A stretch of DNA of 64,000 nt from Anthoceros angustus. Lineage: Eukaryota; Plantae; Anthocerotophyta. The position numbers and the translations under genes were made by a program. Below the pieces are notes generated by a model that ran no database searches, was not told the origin of the DNA, and saw only the letters and a program-made list of their open reading frames with translations. Shown in pieces: positions 37,101 to 48,800 of the stretch (positions within the stretch are counted from its first letter, which is position 1; each line of letters opens with the position of its first letter). The DNA lies in NCBI GenBank assembly GCA_010909165.1, contig MU008186.1:496001-560000 (forward strand), given 5' to 3'.

Positions 37101-38750
37101 CCAAATATGTCGATGAGAGTGCATTCCCAAGGCCACCTTGGAAAAAGACGATTTTGCAAGACCACCTTAAGAAAAGAAACAAAGTTAGTACAACACTCAA
37201 ATGCAAGGTATCACCTTGCCACCCTCTTCACCACAAAGGATTGCAGGAAAAAGAAAAATATTTACCTGAAGCCTTGGGAAAAAACCCTAGTTAAGGAAGT
37301 TCGAACATCTTGACATTGTAAGCCTATAAACTCATAGTTTTCATCATTCTCATATCTAATTGGCCAATGTAGAGATGTTTCACTACTTGAGCTTGCCGAT
37401 TGATGGTTATTGGAATGAAAATCATTGAGTACTCATATCTTTAGAGGTGCCTCATAACATAACTCCAACTCCAACATAATATTCACCAAGTCTTGAGCCT
37501 CAAGTCCCAGAGTATAGCCTTTGAAAAGTTAGTAAGAATTGACTCAAGTGGCTTTCGCTCTACAAATCCTTGAGGAGTGCGGGTAAGAGTGGTGTATGTG
37601 GATGCATGAGATGACCTAGAAAGTCGTGGGTAACCGAATTAGGATTAATTATTATCATATTTTTACTTTTCAACCGGATAATTTTTCCAACATCATGAAG
37701 ATACGATGACATTGCATTACTATATTCTCGCGCTCATCGACTTGCATTGATTTAACTCCACAAGTTCTTGCACACAATAGGTTTCAAATTTTTTGCATCA
37801 AAGGTTGAGAAGGATGATTTGATACTCAATTTGTTACATATATTAGGAACTACTTTCGAGTTTTCACATAAATTTTTAAATTTTACATACCACATGCGAT
37901 ATATTCTCTATGTGTTTTATTGCATTCGCTTGATAACTTGCATTTTGGAATTAGATCTATTATGTCTGAAAACTGTTTTAGATTATTCATTTTGTGTTAA
38001 TAAACTTTCAATAAATTGCTCATTAGTTTTAAATTTATCTAAAACGTAATTACAATAATTTTTGGTTTCACTACTTGAGCTTGCCGATTGATGGTTATTG
38101 GAATGAAAATCCTTGAGTACTCATATCTTTAGAGGTGCCTCATAACATAACTCCAACTCCAACATAATATTCACCAAGTCTTGAGCCTCAAGTCCCAGAT
38201 AGCCTTTGAAAAGTTAGTAAGAATTGACTCAAGTGGCTTTCGCTCTACAAATCCTTGAGGAGTGCGGGTAAGAGTGGTGTATGTGGATGCATGAGATGAC
38301 CTAGAAAGTCGTGGGTAACCAATTAGGATTAATTATTATCATATTTTTACTTTCAATCGGATAATTTTTCCAACATCATGAAGATACGATGACATTGCGC
38401 TACTATATTCTCGCTCATCGACTTGCATTGATTTAACTCCACAAGTTCTTGCACACAATAGGTTTCAAATTTTTTGGCTGCACTGTGAGGTTGAGAAGGA
38501 TGATTTGATACTCAATTTGTTACATATATTAGGAACTACTTTCGAGTTTTCACATAAATTTTTAAATTTTTACATACCACATGCGATATATTCTCTATGT
38601 GTTTTATTGCATTCGCTTGATAACTTGCATTTTGGAATTAGATCTATTATGTCTGAAAACTGTTTTTTAGATTATTCATTTTGTGTCTAATAAACTTTCA
38701 ATAAATTGCTCATTAGTTTTAAATTTATCTAAAACGTAATTACAATCAAT
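34158..38750. repeat. Nested tandem duplications (~370 bp, ~1455 bp, ~85 bp, ~690 bp)
   Basis: 34158-34519/34531-34886; 34888-36342/36343-37716; 35895-36065 (2 x ~85); 37378-38055/38066-38745. Confidence 0.88.
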
Positions 38751-38769
38751 ACTCTTGGTTTGACTACAC

Positions 38770-39110
38770 TTGCTGCGTGACATTGGACGCAATAAATGTT
38801 AACCAACACTTCAACTCATCTTCAAACTTTGTGTTAATTTGTTCGCTTGACATCTCCTAACATGGTCAAAGGGACTAAACACGAACGCAAATAGACAAGC
38901 TTGATGAATATTAGGAAAGAGATAATCATGGAGAATGCGATATTCAGCTTGGCATTAGATCCCAAATGCTTACTTGCAAGTCTTCGCCAAAAATGTGTTC
39001 AATTTCTATGCCTTTTGTCATCTCCCATGGTGGGAGCTTATCCATCATCCACGCCGGCATCCATCTTTGAGAATACCGTAACCATTTTCTACGTAGTTTT
39101 GCTGCAATCA
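38770..39110 (-). pseudogene. Roc GTPase domain fragment, TORNADO1-like Roco family
   Basis: HHGR...GIEIEHIFGEDLQVSIWDL..QAEYRILHDYLFPNIHQACLFAFVFS...FEDELKCWLTFIASN matches the switch-II WDLAGQ.E.Y..H..F and WLRFI features of plant Roc domains. Confidence 0.7.
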
Positions 39111-39189
39111 TTTTACTGAAATTGCATTAGACATTAACAAAGAGTAACTCACTTTGGCATATTGTGTAGGGAAGCATCCGTCTGGGGCG

Positions 39190-39400
39190 ACGAGTTTATG
39201 ATCTCTCACAAACTTGGGTACGAGTCGGATGCATCTTGGGGAACCATATGTTGCGCATGTATGCATCTGGAAGGTTGCAAGAGGCCATGGGCGTGTTCAC
39301 GGTGGGCATACCAGATGTCTTCATGTGGTTTTCCATCATCTTCGCACATGCTCGCAGATCGAAACCTAAGGAGGCCATACACCAGATCATGAAATTTGAG
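39190..39400 (+). pseudogene. PPR motif fragment
   Basis: MGNHMLRMYASGRLQEAMGVF...PDVFMWFSIIFAHARRSKPKEAI. Confidence 0.75.
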
Positions 39401-39464
39401 CTGTGTGCCCTTTGCCCGCCGCAAACAATGAGGGGTGGATCGTGTGTGTATACCCTTGGGAGTA

Positions 39465-39886
39465 TGCAGCTTGAAAGCGAAGCGACGCCGAAGTCTTTGT
39501 GATGTCAAACGCTTCTCGGCTAACCGCGGCTTTATCACTTGGGGAGAGCAGTGCCTTTTGGGATGTGAACGGAAACGGGAGCCAGCATCCTCGGTTAAGG
39601 AGAATGTCCACACCCACTGCTTCCGCCATGCCATCTTATAAATGTAATCTAAGAATTATTGCAAAAGCTTTAGTGCTAGAGATGAAATTTCGCGAGTGAC
39701 TACCGCAGAGATCACCTGGCAGAGGAGACAATAGATGATAGTACCGCCGTGGATCGCTCGTGAGATGAATAGTGGAGCTATCATCCATGTAGTCTTCACC
39801 TGCAGTACCACATGATCATCCTGTTGAGAGATACCGTGTTGCTTGGTAGCATGGTGTGCCTTGGATTTCAGATTTCGCATGCCGCT
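39465..39886 (-). pseudogene. OXP1: 5-oxoprolinase C-terminal exons (left of the gypsy insertion)
   Basis: CE(M)LKS, EDYMDDSSTIHL, VDILLNRGC, LLSPSDKAAV, LTSQR, FQAAYSQG. Truncated after SQG. Confidence 0.85.
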
Positions 39887-40284
39887 TGTGGGCTATGCAC
39901 TTCGGGAGTTAGGAAATAAGTAGGGTTTCGCTTTTTAGGATTGAAGGATAAATAAGGCGGAAAAGGAGGAATAAATTGGGGTAGCGCCGGACGAGGCTCG
40001 GAGTATACTCCGGACTGAGTGAACAACGGACCCGGTACCACTATGGCAAGCTCCGACTACGCCGAGTAACGGATAAGTCCGGAACCCACTCCAGTCAAAA
40101 TAGGATACGCTGTGGAAAGTAACCCAGGAGCGGAGGCGTGAGGATGACGAGGCGGCGCCACGCGGGACGGCCCCGAGTGGAGGTCGGGCATGCAGGGTGA
40201 CCGTAACCTTGCGAGGCCGTTATAGCGGTATTCACGCTGGCGCGCGCGGGCGTAAGGCCGCAGTAAGCGAGGGTCGAGTAAGCC

Positions 40285-43200
40285 ATGCACTCGCGCTACG
40301 GACAACGAAGAGGCGCCTTCCGCCAGCATTTCCACAAGCGCGCCAAGGAGGGAGGTCATTTCCGCCCTCCGCCAGCCCCTCATACCTTGCGCCCGCAATC
40401 CGCTCGCGCCGCTTTTGGGCGCCCAGCCAGAGCGTGCACTGGTTGGAGCAACGAACGCGCGAAGGAGGAACATCGTGCCGGACTCGCCAGCAGGCAAGAG
40501 GAGGAGAAAGCAATGGCACCCAAAAGCCGACGGAGTCTGGGAGCCATGGACCGTGGAGCGCAACATTGTGACCCGCGCTATCCGGACTTCGCCCCGGCCG
40601 GAGGAAGCAGGGGAATTGGTGCAGAGTGGCATCCGGACGTGTTCCAAATGGTCCGGACCTTTGACAACGCTACCTAGTCCGGAGTTTGCCCGAAGATGCG
40701 GCGATCAACAAGGAGGTCCGATCCAAGAACCTCCGGAGGACCCGAGGCGATGGACCTTGAGGTCCCGAGGATGGCCTACAACCAAGGAGGAAGAAGGGGC
40801 GTGGTGCCGAGCCCTTAAGGCGAAGGGAAGATAGGGCCGCCACGCGGCGAGGCTCGAACGCAGCGACAACCAACGGATGGTTGATATCCGATCCGCCGAC
40901 CGAGTAAGGGCGGTAGCCCGGATCATTGTCCATTGAACTCGCCACCAAGGTGGATCACCTTGGTGATAACCTGGTATTCTCGCATGCGCCATGGGGGAAG
41001 AGAGCGGACGGGAAGGATTATCTTCGCCGTTCGCCAGAGGCACGCAAGCTAAGGAGCGAAGCCTCGCCATCACCCATACCGATTCATGTATGGGGACATT
41101 TCGAGCTCCCAAGGAGGGAGAGCTTGAGCGGCGCTCCCAAGGGCCGGAGGCCCCGCCAAGTAGAGCGTGCAAGGGCGCCTGAGGTGGGGGTCGCCCTTCA
41201 AGACCAAGCGGACTCGGAGGAGGACGATCGAGGATTCCTGACTCCATACGTGAGCGAACCCCTCACCACCTGTGAAGTTTGGGAGGCGATTCCCCTTCCT
41301 CCTTTTGGTGCCCTCCGAGCAGACAGGAGGAGCGATGCCGAGGGCGCGGCTCACCGGCTGCAACAATGACCAACAACCACGACGGCCGCCGAGCCCCGAC
41401 GAACCCGGGGAGCCAAGAGGCGAAGACGGTGCCGCTTACCAACGCAAAGACCTCGAAGGTGCCGGACTTACCCCCGCCCACGGAGTGGCAAGAGGTCAAG
41501 AGGCGGTAAGGAGGGCGAAGGGACGTGGCCCAAGGAGTGGAGGTCACCGCGCAGCCCCCACCTCGAGCCGGGCCTGCCCCGAGAAGGGGCAAAAGAGCTT
41601 GCTCCGGACCCCCTCACCTCCTCCGAGCCCTGTGAGAAAGAGGGCACAAAGGAGTTAGAGGCCAAGAGGGCCAAGAGGGTGAGACTCGGACCTCACCACT
41701 GTGACCCGAGGGTCCCGATTAGGTCCGAGAACCCACCGACTTACTCCGGATCGGGTATGGAGGTCCTTGGCGAGAAATGCCGGCCCCACGGACTTTGTGG
41801 GGGCCTCACACCGTGGCCGTGGAAGAAACACGGCGAACCTGCCACCGCCATGGACGGAATGCTTTGGGGTCTCGTGGTACAGAGAAGACCTGTGAAGTGG
41901 AGGCCACCCGAGGAGGATGGTGGAACCCAAGAGCAAGTGAAGGCGGCCGAGGGCAAAGGAAAAGGCGGAGTCCCTCGCTCGGATCGAGGAAGGGAAACGC
42001 CGGGTGGCGGAGCGAGGCCCGGCGTTCACAGACTGGGTTAAGGTTCTTCACCAGGCACAAGCAAGCTGGAGGCCCAAGCGGGCGGAGGACCTTGCAGCGA
42101 AGAGGGAAGCGCAGCAGAGGCGGAAGAGGCCCGGCACAGAGAGAGCTCGGACGGAGGCGGCCCGCCAGAGCCAAGTGGGCGAGGCCTGTAAAGGCGCGGG
42201 AGCTGCGGTGAAGAGCGACCGGATCACTACAGACGTGATCGAACCGTGGAGAGAGAGTCACAGTACCGAGGCTAACTCAAGGCCGCAAAGGCTATGGAGC
42301 AGTAAGGCCAGCACTGGGAGATAGAGGATCTCCGAGTACAGCAGGAGGTAGAGGGAGGCGGCAGCAGATGGAGGATGAAGGACACGCCGGAGCTACAACC
42401 CAAGATGCGCTTGAGCAGTGATTCTCAACGAGAGAATCCACGACTCGAGCACGAAGAGTGGCCTGGCCTCAAGACGGAGGAAAATCGGCGACTATCCAAG
42501 GAGTTGGACGCTGCTGTGCTGTATGAGCCGGAGGAAGGCCTGGACGGAGGTATCCGACCGCCTGAGAGGGAGTCATGAGCTAAAGGCCGTAATGAACGGA
42601 GGAGCGCGAGCATCGGAAGCGTAAAAGAAGCCGGTCCACCGAGAAAGGCGGAAGGGAACGCCGCGCTATGGCGGTAAGCCGGGCAATGGAAAGGAAACGA
42701 CGGAGCCGGAGCAAGTGAGCAACAAATGCAGGAGGTGACCGAGGCCGCCTTGTAGCCTCGCGTGATACCCCCGCCCACGAGTGGCAAGAGGTCAAGAGGC
42801 GGTAAGGAGGGCGAAGGGACGTGGCCCAAGGAGTGGAGGTCACCGGCAGCCCCCACCTCGAGCCGGGCCTGCCCCGGCTGAGAAGGGGCAAAAGAGCTTG
42901 CTCCCGACCCCCTCACCTCCTCCGAGCCCTGTGGAGAAAGAGGGCACAAAGGAGTTAGAGGCCAAGAGGGCCAAGAGGGTGAGACTCGGACCTCACCACT
43001 CAGACCCGAGGGTCCCGATTAGGTCCGAGAACCCCCGACTTACTCCGGATCGGTATGGAGGTCCTCGGATCGAGAAATGCCGGCCCCACTACGGACTTTG
43101 TGGGGTGGCCGTGGAAGAAACACGGCGAGTCCTGCCACCGCCATGGACGGAATGCTTTGGGGTCTCAGAAGACCTGTGAAGTGGAGGCCACCCGAGGAGG

Positions 43201-44470
43201 ATGGTGGAACCCAAGAGCAAGTGAAGGCCGAGGGCAAAGGAAAAGGCGGAGTCCCTCGCCGGATCGAGGAAGGGAAACGCCGGTGGCGGAGCGAGGCCCG
43301 TTCACAGACTGGTTAAGGTTCTTCAGGCACAAGCAAGCCTGGGAGGCCCAAGCGCGGAGGACCTTGTGCAAGAGGGAAGCGCAGCAGAGGCGGAAGAGGC
43401 CGGGCAGAGAGAGCTCGGACGGAGGCGGCCCGGCCAGAGCAAGGGCGAGGCCTGTAAAGGCGGGCGGAGCCGTGAAGAGCGACCGGATCACTACAGACGT
43501 GATCGAACCGTGGAGAGAGTCAGTACCGAGGCTAACTCAAGGCCGCACAAAGGAGTTAGAGGCCAAGAGGGTGAGACTCGGACCTCACCACTCGGGAGAT
43601 AGAGGATCTCCGAGCACCGCAGGAGGTAGAAGGGAGGCGGCAGCAGATGGAGGACAAGAAGGACACTGGAGCTACAACCCAAGATGCGCTTGAGCAAGCA
43701 GTGATTCTCAACGAGAGAATCCACGACTCGAAAAGTAGAGCCTGGCCCGTCTCAAGACGGAGGAAAACCATCTATCCAAGGAGTTGGACGCTGCTGTGCT
43801 GTATGAGCCGGAGGAAGTCCGAGGACGGAGGTATCCGACCGCCTGAGAGGGAGCGAGCTAAAGGCCGTAATGAACGGGAGCGCGAGCACGGAAGTGTAAA
43901 AGAAGCGCCGGTCCACCGAGAAAGGCGGAAGGAACGCCGCTATGGCGGTAAGTCGGCAATGGAAAGGAAACGACGGAGCCGAGCAAGTGAGCAACAAATG
44001 CAGGTGACCGAGGCCGCCTTGTAGCCTCGCGTGATACCCCCCCCCAACCGGGTGAGAGGTGGCCCAACAAGCCGGCAAAAGACGCCCCGAACACTTATGG
44101 CGGAGGGAGTATCGGTGCCCGCACACGTGGAAGAGGCAATTCAACAAGTCGATCTGACTTTGCCTATTACCACGCCGAGCCCCTCGAGAAGCCTCGACGC
44201 ACCGGACGGACGGAAGGCTCAAGGAGATGAAGGCCACGGGATGACAGGACCCTAGTGGCCCTGCTTGAGATGACGGAGCGGCGGAGGAGCAACCGGAGGA
44301 GTAACGAGGAGCGCGGATGCGAGAGGTAAGCACCCCGCACCTCACCATGGAAGGAGGGGCCAACGAAGGAGTCACTTCGGGCGATCGGGAACAGCGGGAG
44401 GACTTCGAGGGAGAGCCACGGAGGAGTCCCGTGAGGGAGGAAACCCGGGTGGGCGTGAGTCCGGACTTTG
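40285..44470 (+). pseudogene. Accessory ORF encoded within the gypsy 5' LTR (degenerate, partly duplicated)
   Basis: Sense-strand protein-like consensus: VFQMVRTFDNATLVREF, DPRRWTLEV.RMAYN, NGWLISD..RVRAVARIIVPLNSP, EARKLRS..ASP..IHVWGHFEL, followed by charged low-complexity and coiled-coil-like segments. Confidence 0.55.
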
Positions 44471-44640
44471 TCCGGACCCGAGGGAGGCCGACCAAGTCCG
44501 GACTGAATAAGTCCGACCTCAAGTCCGGACTAATAAGTCCGGACTCAAGTCCGAGAGACAAGTCCGACACCGACCCGAGGTCCGGACCAGAGACAAGGTG
44601 ACCCAGCCGGCCTCGAATAAGCCGGACTCAAGTTCGAGTC
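44440..44640. repeat. Array of palindromic (AG)TCCGGA(C) motifs in the LTR (copy at ~54550-54720)
   Basis: About 10 agtccg(g)ac units at ~12-14-bp spacing, present in both LTRs. Confidence 0.85.
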
Positions 44641-45583
44641 GAGACAGACCTCGAGGACCGGGAAGCAAGAAGGAGGAGCCCCTCGACTTACGCTTAGGGG
44701 AGCCGATAGGGGTGGCCCCACCGGGGACCTGTGGAGGGGCCGTGGGAGGATGACGCCGTGGTAACGGCGTTGTCGATCGCCAGAGCCCAACCCGGCTGTG
44801 ATTCCGGGAGAGGAGGGGCCCGCCACGGATCATCCGATTGGGTGCACCACAACCGCTGACGGGGATTGGACCACCCATTCCGAGGCGGGGCCTGTGACCT
44901 TCCCCACAGTCGTGAAGGAGATAGGGGGATAGGTGGTAGGCGGCCGATTAGGGTATACCGAAATGGCACCGTAATAGGGGTGTAATAAAGACGCCACCTT
45001 GGGCGCAGATAAGAGGGGCCGAGGTCGCTAGTAAAGCATCTTTCTCTTGGTGTTGATGCCGCTCTGCACCTTTGTGAGTCTTCTTGCTAACGTGAGTCCC
45101 GAGTCACCGAAAGGTGCACGGCCCCGGGAGATTGATCAAGGTCCCGTGACGGACTTAACGCTGTGGTGTGTGCGGGGAAGGGTGACCGATCCGCGTCGCG
45201 AGCCGCTCCGACACGAACGACCGAACGCGTGAGCCGGAGGAACTCCGGAGGGTGTAGAGCCCGGACGGAGAGGCCCGGAACGACGGAGGAGGTCCGGATC
45301 AGAACCGCGCCTTTTCTAAGATCAAGAGTGTAGCGTGAGAGGAGAGAGGAAAGGACCGATGCGTGAGGATGTGAACGATACGGACGCGAACGGGTCTAAA
45401 CGCTTGGCCATACCGGCAGTGAACGCCAGAGTAGTTAGGAGTATGTGTGTGTGAGACCGAACGAGCGCTAAGGACGAAGAATCACCAAACGCTAAACGGG
45501 CCTATCATTCCCTTTGGGAACGGACTTCTTCCTACAACGACACGGATTGTGCGCGCTACGCCATCGAAAAGTCCGCCACATTT

Positions 45584-45596
45584 TGGCGCTGCGGGA
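45584..45596 (+). promoter_or_regulatory. Putative gypsy primer-binding site (non-iMet)
   Basis: TGGCGCTGCGGGA, 3 nt after the LTR end. The cognate tRNA was not identified. Confidence 0.6.
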
Positions 45597-45851
45597 ATGA
45601 AATCGGTCCGGTGCCGCAGTGCGCCCTTAGGAAGAGAAGGTAAGTGAATGCGTGGCGGTCGAGCGACGGTCAAGAGTGAACTGCCGAGGATCGGACGTGG
45701 TCACCTCGGCCTCCGAGCCGTGAGAGGAGAGACGCCAAACCCAACGAGAGCACCGATCGAGGAGGGAGAACGTGGTCGAATTGTCGGACCAAGACGAGTA
45801 CGGGTACAAGGACGCCAACGGAAGAAGGTAGGACCCACGCCTAACCCATCG

Positions 45852-48800
45852 ATGGCGCAGCCCATGGCCCCTACCGACCAAACAAGCGTACTCCATATTC
45901 GGAGGAAGAAGGAGCGGATGCGAGACCTTTGTGGAGGACTTCGTCCAAAGCCAACTTCAACGGAGAGGGAGTCGACGCCAGCTCATCCAGCTTTTCCAAG
46001 GGGTTCTCCGAGGACATGCTCAATGGTATCGGAGAAAGTACCGACCACGGAGAATGCCCCACCCGCCTCGCTTGAAGCTTTGAAAATGCCTTCTTAGAAC
46101 GGTTTCGAGGATCGACCAGAGGGTATGTATTATCAAAGTTGGAAAATCAAGCGAGGAAGAAGGAGAAGCCGGGCTCAGACATCGAGCGGTTCTATGCCCG
46201 AGGATCGGCATCCAACCCATACCACGATGCAAGCGGACGGTGGTTCGCGCCGGTCTAGCCAAACCCATGGCTGTGCACGCCGCTGGCCGAGAAGGACGTG
46301 GGCAAGGCGGTCGAGCGGCCGAAAACTACGAGGAATCGCTACATCGAGGATAAAGAAATCCGCTCAAGGAGGCAAGAAGAAGAAGAAGAAACGGGTTCGG
46401 GACTGAGGAGGAAGAGTCTTCGAGGAGGAGGAAGACCAATCGAGGTGTCTTGAGGAGGAGCAGTCCAAGAAGAGACGGAGGTCTCTAGCGAGGAAGAGTA
46501 TCCCGCAAGAAGAAGAGCAAGAAAGCCCCGCTAAAAAGAAGGTGGTAAGAAGGAGGTGGTGACACCAGCACCGGTCCGAGAAGCTCCACCGGACCCGACT
46601 CCCTCAAAGGAGGTAGCAGTCGCGGGAGGACCCGGAAAAGTGATAAAGAGAGTAGAGGACCGCGATAAACCAGTTAAGGACCGAGCGCGGAAAACACCGA
46701 CTACGGTGCGAACGTTCGTGCCGTGTGCCAAGAACACGGCCATTCGAATCCAACCGCCTCAAGGCCGGCATCAAGTGGACTACGAATACGAGGAGGAGGC
46801 CGAGGAGCAATGGGAAGAGGCCTATCGTCATGTGAAGCCCCTCCGGGCCGCGATATCCCAAAACCATGTATCCGCCAACCGGAGGTCCGTCATACAACGA
46901 GCCCCACCGATGCAAAGACCGCATGGGAGCCCTTCGTATCCTCCGTGACGGCCGTGGTCTGGAACTGCGGAATCTCGCCATTACTCCAACGCGTGTCCGC
47001 ACTCCAACGAGGTGGTAATGGGGACTTCGAGCAGGTGGCGATCGCAAGGTGCCGGGCATATGACAGACGCTATGTCCCAACCCCGCAAGGACGGTACGAT
47101 ATGCCACACCAAGCGGAGAACTCGACCACCAACGCCACCTCCTAAGACTGTGACCGCAAGTCAAGATGCTCCATGGAGTGGGAAGAGATTCCTGTGAGGT
47201 ACGCGAGATGGAAAGAACAAGAAGGTACGGGGTGTCGAAAGGAAGGGAGTTGGGAGTGGAAAATCTTGAGGTGTCTACTCAGAGTCAAGGAAGGAGCGAC
47301 GAGAAAGGCGCCATTGAAGAAGAACAAGATCGGAGGGCCACGGACGCCGAGGAAGGCAATCAAACAAATACCAGCAGAGGATCCGACCGATGAAGGAGGG
47401 CTGGACGGGCAGCTCACGAGGGATTACCCAAGGAAGTTCTCCGACAGATGTGGAGAAGGGAACGGTGCCTCCGACGGCGACGTTAGCTTCCACGGACGAG
47501 TCCGGAGGTGACCGAGATGTTGCAGGAGGAAATGCGCAAGCATCCGGAGAATACCGTAACAGTGACCGGGAGAGGATGAGGACGCAGCAGCAGGATCCTC
47601 GATTGGGGGTAGAAGCCTCTGCCCCCTTTAATGTGGCGGACCTGATGATGAATCAGCAGCACCTTGTGTCCTTTCGACAGCTGCTGAGGGATAACCCGAA
47701 ATACCGGCAAGAGGTCCGTCGGGCCGTTAGGGAAACCCAGCCTCGGCGGAGCACCAAAGCCAGGAAGGGTAGCACAGTGGAAGTGAGGGTGGTGTCCCAT
47801 ACGGACCCAGGGGCGCCAGTGGTACAAGTGGAGATTTCTGGATGTATCATCAAGGATGTACCGTTGGACACGGGTCCGAGTCAACCTCATCATCAAGCCA
47901 CGACGAAAATTGGGCTTCACATCCTTCAACCTCAACGAAGACTCGAGAATGGCGTATATGTCAAGAAGAGATCCGCGGGAGTTAACCGAGTCTTGGCCAC
48001 CATAGCCGGCACCCTACAAACCGGATTTTGTTGTGATCAAACCGCCGGACCATTAGGGTATGAGGTGTTGCTGGCCATGGCCGGGTTGGCCTGCACGCTA
48101 CACTTTGGAAGGAAGGAGATTCACTTCAAGCCGGTGGACTGGGACCCTAAGGTGCGAGAAGGGAGGGTTGCTATCACCTGGAGCAAGGACACCTATTGTG
48201 GGGAAACTGTGAGCACTACCGAAGGGTATACCTCAGCGGAGGACTCCACTGGCGACGAACAAGATAGTTCCGAGGAGGCGTACCCTTTCGCCAAGATCCG
48301 CTGGTCCGAGGAGGAGATGGACTACCGGCGGGATGCCTTTGGTGCGGAAGTGATTGATTGTTTTCGGGTAAACGCCACAACGGGCCGGAGGAAGGAAGTG
48401 AAGAGGAGGTCGGACCAAAGACAAGGGGAGACAAGAGTCGGACCAAGGAAAAGCGGACATCAAGGAGTAACACGATTCACCTCCGACGAGCTCTTGAGAA
48501 TGGGGATGCGAGAGGACGATCCCGAGAGGAGGACGAGGGGTTTGGACGCAATGAGGCAAAGACGAACGGAGACGGTGAACCCGGACGACGTGGAAGAAGT
48601 GGAGGTCCGCCAGCAAATTCTCAAGTTTAAGAAAGGCATGCCTCCGGACCAAGGAAGGACTAAAGCACTGGGGAGTTTTATGAGGTGTTCGCCTTCAAGG
48701 TCACGGACATGAAGGGCATTCAAGAAGTGGGAGAGCATAAGATCGATTTGAAGCCGGAGCGTGCCACCGAATGGACAATACAAGCTCAACCCCAAGTATT

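Larger units (their letters stand above)
39887..45580 (+). repeat. Gypsy 5' LTR (5.7 kb, including a ~1.29-kb internal tandem duplication 41478-42775/42778-44040)
   Basis: Colinear with 51236-55704 except for the duplicated block. Confidence 0.92.

Noticed and set aside
841-39886. P450s, GST-like piece and OXP1 as a detoxification or specialised-metabolism gene cluster
   Set aside because: Only one P450 is intact. The GST and OXP1 sequences are fragments in a rearranged region, so co-function is unsupported.
40057-44969. Many long minus-strand ORFs in the gypsy LTR (e.g. 43752-44570, 42425-42949)
   Set aside because: They are GC-rich shadow frames of the sense-strand ORF and repeats, have no motifs, and are not preserved between the two LTRs.
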